The notes under the pieces: generated by a model | Told to the model about the DNA's origin: nothing | Database searches by the model: none | What the model saw: the letters and a program-made list of their open reading frames with translations, nothing else | Translations under genes and position numbers: made by a program | Virus record (IMG/VR): IMGVR_UViG_2568526722_000002 | Coordinates: 1-54,562 of that record | From: a virus | Taxonomy: Duplodnaviria > Heunggongvirae > Uroviricota > Caudoviricetes | Strand: one strand, 5' to 3' | DNA: 54,562 nt | Shown: piece after piece, positions 8,382 to 15,212 of the stretch | Position numbering within the stretch: position 1 is the first letter of the stretch | Layout: each line of letters begins with the position of its first letter

Positions 8382-8930
8382 TTATTTAGCAAGTCTGTAA
8401 TAAGTTGCTTTAGAGATTCCTAATTCTTCCTGAATCTGCAACCTCGTTTTACCTTGTGAAATAAGCGTCTGTACAGCCTCTGAAGAAGCTTTTACAGGCC
8501 TCCCCATATGTACCCCTTCAGCTTTAGCACGTTCAATACCAGCCTTTCTACGTTCACTGATAAGGTCTTTTTCAAGGTCAGCTAAACCAGCCATCATAGT
8601 AAGCATTGCTCTACCGATTGGTGTTAATAAGTCGAAACCTTCACGCAAAGAAACAACTCTCACACCTTTAGTCTGTAGTGCCTCCACGTTAGAGAGCACA
8701 TCAACGGTATTACGCCCTAAACGGTCAATAGCTACCACAACTAACGTATCGTCACACCTTACATAGTTCATCATGTCTCTAAAACCATCTCTGCTGGTGG
8801 CCTTTGTAGCTCCTGAGACAGCCTCATCAATAAACCATTTATCGACCTTGTGAACCTTCTCTATCTGTAGTTTCTGGTTGTCTACAGTCTGGTCTTGTGT
8901 TGATACCCTGCAATAACCAATCACCGCCAT
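8382..8930 (-). CDS. small serine recombinase (resolvase/invertase family)
   Basis: MAVIGYCRVSTQDQ... (catalytic Ser motif), ...VVVAIDRLGRN..., and a C-terminal HTH (LGISKATYYRLAK). 182 aa, with AAGGGGGA SD. Confidence 0.9.
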   Translation of the reverse strand: MAVIGYCRVSTQDQTVDNQKLQIEKVHKVDKWFIDEAVSGATKATSRDGFRDMMNYVRCDDTLVVVAIDRLGRNTVDVLSNVEALQTKGVRVVSLREGFDLLTPIGRAMLTMMAGLADLEKDLISERRKAGIERAKAEGVHMGRPVKASSEAVQTLISQGKTRLQIQEELGISKATYYRLAK

Positions 8931-8944
8931 ACATCCCCCTTAGA

Positions 8945-9069
8945 AGTCTCAAAAGTTGGTCTCATAAGTTTAGCTGTCTCACAATCCAAAAACAACCTTT
9001 TGAGACACTTGGAAGGTGCATTCTACCGTTACGTTGAAAGTGTCTCAAAAGGAAGTCCTTTTAAGACTG
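8945..9069. promoter_or_regulatory. res-like cluster of six GTCTCAAAAG-type motifs upstream of the recombinase gene
   Basis: Motifs start at 8945(+), 8957(+), 8974(+), 8997(-), 9041(+) and 9058(-). They form inverted pairs such as TGTCTCA..N..TGAGACA and GTCTCAAAAGGaagtCCTTTTAAGAC. Confidence 0.55.
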
Positions 9070-9118
9070 GTTATGAAGGAGCTATGAGGTTGATTAGGGG
9101 TTGGTACAAGCCCAACTA

Positions 9119-9131
9119 ACCGAATCAACTA
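9119..9131. repeat. right 13-bp inverted repeat flanking the recombinase cassette
   Basis: ACCGAATCAACTA. Related ACCGAATAG copies lie at 8368-8378 (-) and 9479-9491 (+). Confidence 0.8.
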
Positions 9132-9494
9132 TGAAGATTTTAGGAGGGTAACTATAACCATCACTTCCTAACTTTCACATAGCTGATTGTTATCTCTTGC
9201 AACTGTAACGTATGGTGACCAAACATCTATATAGCGTTATATGCTCCTGTATATAGCACTTTTCTAGGAGTCGAGAGAGGGACGACTAACACGATACAGT
9301 TTACCCTGAAAAGAGACTTCACAGATTCTTTATATATTTCAATAAGTTATGATAAAAAGGGACTATACCGATACTGCATAGAATCTGTGTAGAATTGCAT
9401 AGATAGCGCATAAATACACCGTTAAATTGCATAGTCATTCACCTGTTTATGTCCTGTTATTAACAGGTTTCTTAGAAAACCGAATAGACTTCAT

Positions 9495-9505
9495 TCAAGG
9501 GTCAT
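9495..9505 (-). pseudogene. tonB: tonB, first 11 nt only (ATGACCCTTGA), truncated by the AT-rich block
   Basis: Minus-strand ...ctactgaaatgattatgacttcaATGACCCTTGA matches the E. coli tonB leader and start as I remember it. The sequence then diverges (aatgaag versus tttacct). Confidence 0.6.
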
Positions 9506-9585
9506 TGAAGTCATAATCATTTCAGTAGAAAAACCAGGTCTCGATTTTAAATGCAAATAGCAATCATATTCAATAAGGCAAGACG
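9506..9585 (-). promoter_or_regulatory. tonB promoter / Fur-box region (divergent from yciI)
   Basis: The reverse complement reads gaatatgattgctatttgcatttaaaatcgagacctggtttttctactgaaatgattatgacttca, recalled as the tonB upstream region. Confidence 0.45.
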
Positions 9586-9728
9586 ATCAGGATCAGTGAA
9601 AATGTCATTTTTGGCGTAATTACCCTTACTTTATGCATGGCCTTAACAAAGACATCATCTTTCCGTTGCAGATCTTCGCCCTTTCAAATAACGTACTTTA
9701 CAACTTTCCCGAACAAGGAGTTGTGCCC

Positions 9729-10025
9729 GTGTTGTATGTTATTTACGCTCAAGACAAAGCTGATAGCCTCGAAAAACGCCTTTCCGTTCGTCCGGCACAT
9801 TTAGCACGTTTACAGTTACTGCATGATGAAGGTCGTTTGTTGACAGCTGGTCCAATGCCAGCGGTAGACAGTAACGATCCAGGGGCTGCGGGATTTACTG
9901 GCTCAACCGTTATTGCTGAATTTGAATCGCTGGAAGCAGCTCAGGCCTGGGCCGATGCTGACCCGTACGTAGCGGCAGGAGTCTATGAACACGTTTCAGT
10001 GAAACCATTTAAGAAAGTGTTCTAA
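9729..10025 (+). CDS. yciI: YciI-family protein
   Basis: From a GTG start: [98 protein letters not shown]. This matches E. coli YciI (98 aa) from memory. Confidence 0.9.
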
Positions 10026-10089
10026 TTTATTAGAAATTTGCACTTAAATCAAAAAGTTACGGACAATTCAACCACCAATCAATAAATTA

Positions 10090-10135
10090 AAGGGCACATT
10101 AAAGTACACAATATTTGTGCCCTTCTCTGTTTCTT
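10090..10135 (+). terminator. putative yciI terminator hairpin
   Basis: AAGGGCACA ...17 nt... TGTGCCCTT followed by the T-rich ctctgtttctttc. Confidence 0.5.
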
Positions 10136-10143
10136 TCCCGTTA

Positions 10144-10692
10144 TCAGCTAGCTGGAAACTTTTTATACAGAGTTGAGAGCCCTACTCCATACGTTTTTGA
10201 TACGCTTTGTCGTGATTCACCGGTTGCCATCCGCTCCCCCATTTCCCGCCATTGCTCATCCGTGAACTTAGGCCTGCGACCACCAACTCGCCATTTTGCC
10301 CTGGCTACGGCCAGCCCTGCTAAGGTACGTTCGCTATTAAGATCAGATTCATATTGTGCTGCGGAAAGGATGTTACGAAAGTTATAGCGGCCGCTGGCTG
10401 TTTTGAGATCCACGCCATCGGTAATACTGCGGAAGTTGATACCCTTTTCCTGTAACTGCTGGAACATCAACAGCGCATGCAGAACGTTGCGGCCTATCCT
10501 GTCCAGCTTCCAGACCACCAGTTCATCCCCCGGCTGCATAGTGGCGATCAGCCGTTTTAGAACCGGCCGATTCGATTTCCTCCCGCTGGCATGCTCTTCA
10601 AAAATTTTCTCACAACCCGCTGACTTGAGCGCCGTTAGTTGCAATTCAGTGTCCTGGTGGTTTGTTGATACTCGGGCATAACCGTAAATCAT
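10144..10692 (-). CDS. DNA invertase (Pin/Gin/Hin/Cin family serine recombinase)
   Basis: MIYGYARVSTNHQDTELQ..., VVWKLDRIGRN, INFRSITDG, and a C-terminal ...GLSTLYKKFPAS that resembles Pin ...LSTLYKKHPA. Confidence 0.9.
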   Translation of the reverse strand: MIYGYARVSTNHQDTELQLTALKSAGCEKIFEEHASGRKSNRPVLKRLIATMQPGDELVVWKLDRIGRNVLHALLMFQQLQEKGINFRSITDGVDLKTASGRYNFRNILSAAQYESDLNSERTLAGLAVARAKWRVGGRRPKFTDEQWREMGERMATGESRQSVSKTYGVGLSTLYKKFPAS

Positions 10693-10751
10693 GAGTGCTT
10701 CTCCTGTTGTAAAAACAGGAGAAGAGGCGAAATATCACCTGATTCAGAAAA

Positions 10752-10777
10752 ATATTTGAAAGGTTGGTTTGGGAGAA
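10752..10777. other. orphan invertase crossover site (gix/pix/cix-like)
   Basis: The reverse complement TTCTCCCAAACCAACCTTTCAAATAT follows the TTC..AAACC..GGTTT.. pattern of Gin/Pin/Cin sites. It sits at the start of the tail-fibre tip fragment. No partner site is present in the window. Confidence 0.55.
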
Positions 10778-10896
10778 GCGGCAAAACGGGATGTGGGAAC
10801 AGGGGAAAATCAGATACCGGATATGGCTTTTTTTGCCAGTGGTGATGGATGGATGAAATTACCCAACGGTAAAATCCTGCAATATGGTCGAGGTGC
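10769..10896 (+). pseudogene. tail-fibre variable-tip fragment (both ends missing)
   Basis: ...[30 protein letters not shown] is typical of invertible tail-fibre C-terminal segments. The frame runs straight into yecD sequence at ~10897. Confidence 0.6.
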
Positions 10897-11120
10897 GGTT
10901 ACGCCGCCGAGGTATCGATACAATTGTGTTATGTGGGATCTCGACCAATATCGGTGTTGAATCCACCGCCCGCAATGCCTGGGAACTTGGCTTTAATCTG
11001 GTGATTGCCGAAGACGCCTGTAGTGCCGCCAGCGCCGAGCAACACAATAACAGCATTAATCATATCTACCCGCGCATCGCCCGTGTGCGTAGCGTGGAAG
11101 AGATCCTTCACGCGTTATGA
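10897..11120 (+). pseudogene. yecD: yecD (isochorismatase-family) 3' fragment
   Basis: [72 protein letters not shown] matches the C-terminus of E. coli YecD from memory. The N-terminal ~115 codons are absent. Confidence 0.75.
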
Positions 11121-11212
11121 TTTACATCGGTCTGCCGCAATGGTCGCATCCTAAATGGGTGCGGTTGGGGATCACCAGCCTTGAAGAGTATGCCCGCCAC
11201 TTTAACTGCGTG
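11117..11212 (+). pseudogene. yecE: yecE 5' fragment, interrupted by the prophage
   Basis: [32 protein letters not shown], then divergence (TR-stop). The ATGA overlap with the yecD stop matches the chromosomal arrangement. Confidence 0.75.
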
Positions 11213-11383
11213 ACGCGGTAAATTTAAAAATCGACAAATATCGTCCAGGAGCGCCATTTTTAATGGCTGGAGATAGCATCCAATATACGTTGTTTGCAAT
11301 GTTTGGCGAAATTCAATGATTTCTCATGCCCCACCCATGCCCCAAGACGCCTGACACGCGAAATCTTCCACAAATTACTGCAA

Positions 11384-11701
11384 CTAAACAACCGCGTTAT
11401 CTTGGCGAACATCGCAGATAGTAAACGTCACGACCCCGATGACAGTGACATCGTCCAGGGCCTCACCTTCAATCGCTTCGCCGTCTTCAGTAATCAGCGA
11501 ACGCCCTCTCAACGTGGCAAGTTCGGTCCCGCCGCCGTGCTGGATAAGAACCTGGCTTCCCTGCTTTGGCTTCAGGGAGATATCCAGCACAACATAACCG
11601 CCATCCCTTTCGAAAACGCGGGTGTTCGGCCCGACATTGCATATCGAGTTAACGGACAGTCGCTGCTCGACGTAGTCGGACGCCGGTGAAGGAAATCCCA
11701 T
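11384..11701 (-). CDS. UmuD'-like / S24 C-terminal-domain-like protein lacking the Ser-Lys dyad
   Basis: Starts MGFPSPASDYVEQRLSVN (compare UmuD' GFPSPAADYVEQRIDLN). The positions equivalent to SGDSM and the catalytic K read ERDGG and ELATL. Its ATG overlaps the upstream TAA (TAATG). Confidence 0.6.
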   Translation of the reverse strand: MGFPSPASDYVEQRLSVNSICNVGPNTRVFERDGGYVVLDISLKPKQGSQVLIQHGGGTELATLRGRSLITEDGEAIEGEALDDVTVIGVVTFTICDVRQDNAVV

Positions 11702-11940
11702 TACAGAACCCTCCCCATGTTGGCCATCATCCACAAACGGTTTTCGCTATGGTCGGTGGTTTTGTCGACAAAGTACGTCTGCTCTCTAGATATCCACGCA
11801 TTAGCCTCTGAGTCGGTAAAGTGCAGCCCACGCCGGCGCAGCGCTGACACAAAATCCTTTGTGTGCAGGTACTGGTAGCCTTTGGAGTTGCGCAATACCG
11901 ACTCGCGGAATGCCTGATTGATGTCTGACTGACGGTGCAT
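11701..11940 (-). CDS. 79-aa SOS-controlled protein (candidate antirepressor)
   Basis: MHRQSDINQAF..., with GGAGGCA SD. A LexA box lies 18 nt upstream of the start. Confidence 0.55.
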   Translation of the reverse strand: MHRQSDINQAFRESVLRNSKGYQYLHTKDFVSALRRRGLHFTDSEANAWISREQTYFVDKTTDHSENRLWMMANMGRVL

Positions 11941-11957
11941 GATCTGCCTCCGATTGA

Positions 11958-11977
11958 TACTGTTTTTATATACAGCA
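11958..11977. promoter_or_regulatory. LexA (SOS) box
   Basis: TACTGTTTTTATATACAGCA fits CTGT-N8-ACAG. Confidence 0.8.
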
Positions 11978-12075
11978 GTTTCATCAAAGAGTCGGATCAA
12001 TACTTGATGATGACTTTGTTTTATCTTCCGGTAGCCTCTTAAATTGCTTTTCACACAAATAATTGATATCAATAC

Positions 12076-12315
12076 ATGTTTTATCCAAGACACTCCGCCA
12101 CCAAAATGAGTACAAAAAGTGACACTCTTGTTCGCAGAATACTACGTAAATCCGATGGCCTGGGCCTCAAGCTCAGCAAGCCTGGGATCGACTACGAGGT
12201 CCTACAGTCACATGGATGGACTGAAATTTCAGATGGCACTAACACGATAATGGTGGAGCTTACTGATGGTGGTAAGTTGCAATTCTTCTTATGCGTCAAA
12301 CATCTGAGAGCATAG
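12076..12315 (+). CDS. hypothetical protein (weak call)
   Basis: 79-aa ORF divergent from the SOS-box operon. No clear SD. Confidence 0.3.
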   Translation: MFYPRHSATKMSTKSDTLVRRILRKSDGLGLKLSKPGIDYEVLQSHGWTEISDGTNTIMVELTDGGKLQFFLCVKHLRA

Positions 12316-12319
12316 ACCT

Positions 12320-13075
12320 TTATTGCATCGCCAGTAAAAATTGAGAGACAGATATTTTTTCAGCAGAAGTTAAAGAGCCGTTCATTAGCAATGTTGACTT
12401 AATATACTTGCTGGATGTTTCTACGTTGTTATCCACCTTTCTACCCATCAGTACGTTATTTGTGCCAGCAACCCTTGTCCCTGGCAGGGTTGATGTCGCT
12501 GACACCAGTGTGGAGGTCGCGGCGTTGAAAATATCGATTGCCACCACTCCCTGATTAACAGTGGCCACAAAAGCAAATAGACTTCCTGCAGCTATCGATG
12601 AAGGAAAATCAGCATAAGCATACACAGCAGACTGCCCGGTATTTTGAGCTACACAGAACAATCGCCCGGTGGTGTCAAAGCCTATAGAAAAGCCACTGGC
12701 CGTAGAGCCGCTTCCTGCATAATCCGCAATCATATGAGAGTTCAGTCCAGCTGCGGCATTCCTTTTTACCACTCCGCAAATGGTAACACTAAGTGTTGCT
12801 TTCTTCCTTGTATCCAGATAGTTACTAGGATTAACGGTAATAAACCCGCCAGTGTTATTCACTGTCCCGTTAATCACCGCCGGGTTATTTTGATCGTATG
12901 AGTCGTAAGTAATATCTGTTACCGGGTCCCCGAAATAGAACCCGGCATACGGTGTTGCCCCTGTGGTTGGCAGACCAATAAACCAGTTCGAAACATCAAA
13001 ATCAGAAAGAGTTTTCATCCCTGTTATCACAGGAAGAACTGCATCAATATAAATGGCGGAAATAGGCATTATCAA
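12320..13075 (-). CDS. LamG/concanavalin-like beta-sandwich protein, probable receptor-binding accessory
   Basis: 251 aa. The pattern ...FAFVATVNQGVVAIDIFN...LMGRKVDNN...LLMNGSLTSAEKISV resembles Laminin_G_3 domains. It has an ATGA overlap with the tailspike gene. Confidence 0.5.
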   Translation of the reverse strand: MIMPISAIYIDAVLPVITGMKTLSDFDVSNWFIGLPTTGATPYAGFYFGDPVTDITYDSYDQNNPAVINGTVNNTGGFITVNPSNYLDTRKKATLSVTICGVVKRNAAAGLNSHMIADYAGSGSTASGFSIGFDTTGRLFCVAQNTGQSAVYAYADFPSSIAAGSLFAFVATVNQGVVAIDIFNAATSTLVSATSTLPGTRVAGTNNVLMGRKVDNNVETSSKYIKSTLLMNGSLTSAEKISVSQFLLAMQ

Positions 13076-14916
13076 CCCCCGATAAAAAATTCTTTTTTAA
13101 TTGCTCTCGTCAGTACATACGCGCCAAGAGGACTTAGATGGAGGCCGTCAGCCCATGCCCCCCCAACACTGTTATAAACCTTTGGAAATAGTTGATACCC
13201 ACTAATAAAATTAACATTTTGCTCTACAGCTATTTCCCTCATTGTTTTATCGTACTCTGACAATGCTGGCGTACCTGTAGCGTTGCATTGCGCGGGTGAC
13301 ATTAGGCAGATGCAAATATCTGGCGTTGCACTACGGTATTTCGAGATAATCTCAACTATTCCTGACTTGTACTCAGCGACACCCTGGCTCAGTCTGAAGT
13401 CATTTGTCCCGAGAATAATAAACAGCAGATCAATGTCCAGATATTGCGCTACTGGCTGTATCCATAATGAAAAGTTGAAATAATCGCTCGCTATAGATGC
13501 TCCGTTGCCCATCCTTGATACGGTAAGCCCAGATGCAATAGAGTTATTTTTACCGTACATTCCAAGGATAGAAACAACACCGGTACCGGTACTTTGGATC
13601 GTCACCGTATGTGCGGTCGCGCTAAGTCCGCTGAAATCATATTTCTTGGCAGTTCCTGTATTCCCTCCCGTGATTGTTACGGGTGTATTACTGTCGATGG
13701 TGATAGTGAACGTTCCAGACCCGTCATAATAAAATACTGATAGATTTGTTACGGTCACGCCGGTCCAGACGAGAGAACCAACAGTGTTGTTGTTATAGTA
13801 CCCGTTTCCATCAGGCCCGCAGCCATATGGCGGAATGTTCGTGTTATTGCTCCCACCATCATATTTTGTAAAGTTGGTGGCTGTAACGGGTGATATCCCG
13901 GACATGACACCATCAGTTCTGTCTGAGCAACTGATCCACCCAGGGTCTTTGTATGTTCCACCAAGGATATTAATTAAAGACTGAGGAATGGTGTTTTTCT
14001 CTGTCCACGAATCGCCGGTAAAAGCAATGTTTAGGCTGGTAGACTGGCCAGCAAAAATACGGCTATTTTTGAAAAGGAACTTGTACTGATCTCCTTCGAT
14101 GAAGGAACGTACCGCATTAACTTCCCCACCAGACACCAGGTTTTTGACATATTCCTGCAATACCGGGCCAAGACCTGGAGCATCGAATAGCCCACCATTA
14201 AACCAAGCATATACGTTCCCTTGTTGGTCATATAAAAAAGGAAAGTAATAAGGTGAAAAGTCTCCTTGCGGTATAAACTTCTGGGCCCATTCGTTTGGAA
14301 TTTCAGAAACAACCTGTGTAACATTTGGCCCCAGTCCGGCCACATCAAATTTGCCGCCATCAAACCATGCTGGCACCATACTATTCCTGTCAAAGAAGGC
14401 CGGGAAATAACCAGGCCTGTATTCACCTGGGACGAGGCGCTCATTAATTTTATCATCAACGGTCTTGGTTGATGGCATTTGGCGCCCAGTAGGCTCCAGA
14501 GTCCCTCCGTTATTAATGACTTCAATTGCCAGCGAGCTATCATCAGGACTGCGATAATACGTGGCGCTTCCTGTCGGAATATTAGCAATATCTGCCTGTG
14601 CATCAGCAAGCGTCATGTATTGCTTGCTCAGAGGGATCAGGTTTTGGCGGGCTTCATCAATAACAGCGTCGGTAGCAGCTGCCATTTTTTTAGTAGCCCC
14701 AATTATCGTATCCCGGGCGTTACCAAAACGATCTATAAAAGTATCGCTTTCGCTGTTCAGGAAATCATCGTACGCCAGGGCGTTATCATTCAGATCCTTC
14801 ATGCTATTTGAAGGTCTTGGATTGCCGGTATTATATCTTTTGTCCATACCTGTTCCTGTCTTCATCTTTTCAATGAAGCAATTAAGATTGACGACCCGCC
14901 CCTTCAGGGCTAACAT
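13072..14916 (-). CDS. tailspike / tail fibre with C-terminal SGNH (GDSL) esterase domain
   Basis: SGNH blocks are present: FTGDSWTE, FIILGTNDF and ADGLHLSPLG. The N-terminus ...YNTGNPRPSNSMKDLNDNALAYDDFLNS is typical of fibre/spike adaptors. The true start may be the internal Met at 14865 or 14847. Confidence 0.75.
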   Translation of the reverse strand: MLALKGRVVNLNCFIEKMKTGTGMDKRYNTGNPRPSNSMKDLNDNALAYDDFLNSESDTFIDRFGNARDTIIGATKKMAAATDAVIDEARQNLIPLSKQYMTLADAQADIANIPTGSATYYRSPDDSSLAIEVINNGGTLEPTGRQMPSTKTVDDKINERLVPGEYRPGYFPAFFDRNSMVPAWFDGGKFDVAGLGPNVTQVVSEIPNEWAQKFIPQGDFSPYYFPFLYDQQGNVYAWFNGGLFDAPGLGPVLQEYVKNLVSGGEVNAVRSFIEGDQYKFLFKNSRIFAGQSTSLNIAFTGDSWTEKNTIPQSLINILGGTYKDPGWISCSDRTDGVMSGISPVTATNFTKYDGGSNNTNIPPYGCGPDGNGYYNNNTVGSLVWTGVTVTNLSVFYYDGSGTFTITIDSNTPVTITGGNTGTAKKYDFSGLSATAHTVTIQSTGTGVVSILGMYGKNNSIASGLTVSRMGNGASIASDYFNFSLWIQPVAQYLDIDLLFIILGTNDFRLSQGVAEYKSGIVEIISKYRSATPDICICLMSPAQCNATGTPALSEYDKTMREIAVEQNVNFISGYQLFPKVYNSVGGAWADGLHLSPLGAYVLTRAIKKEFFIGG

Positions 14917-14924
14917 CGCCTTAC

Positions 14925-15212
14925 GTGTTTAAACGGTTAAGTAAGAGAATGATTTTAATAAATAAATACACTCCTCCAACGCAGGAAGATTTAGCCAGAC
15001 TGAAATCCGCAATAAACTACTCCGGAAACCAAATGGCAGGGCTCGCAGGTGTAGCCAGCGATAGCCAATGGCGGAAATACACTGGCGGAGAGAGCCCCAG
15101 GGTAATGTCAAGACACATACTGTTTTATATTGCAGCTCAGCTTGTTCTGTCTGATGAGCAACTTAACAATGTAATAAATAAAATGCGCGATATTGGCGCG
15201 GAGATAAAATAA
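14925..15212 (+). CDS. XRE-type HTH protein
   Basis: ...LARLKSAINYSGNQMAGLAGVASDSQWRKYTGGESP.... Its stop overlaps the acyltransferase start (TAATG). The start is uncertain (GTG 14925 or ATG 14949). Confidence 0.55.
   Translation: MFKRLSKRMILINKYTPPTQEDLARLKSAINYSGNQMAGLAGVASDSQWRKYTGGESPRVMSRHILFYIAAQLVLSDEQLNNVINKMRDIGAEIK

Larger units (their letters stand above)
1..9494. mobile_element. AT-rich phage-like block (partial; left end outside window) ending inside tonB
   Basis: Visible composition shift at ~9495. Contains tape-measure-like, HNH-like and serine-recombinase genes. Right boundary is set by loss of tonB homology after the first 11 nt of the tonB ORF. Confidence 0.6.

Noticed and set aside
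10115-10681. Plus-strand ORFs (90 and 92 aa) opposite the invertase
   Set aside because: They are antisense to a recombinase ORF with unmistakable family motifs.
13755-14609. Alternative-frame ORFs inside the tailspike gene (69 and 192 aa)
   Set aside because: They are fully nested in a gene with clear SGNH motifs, and they have odd composition.
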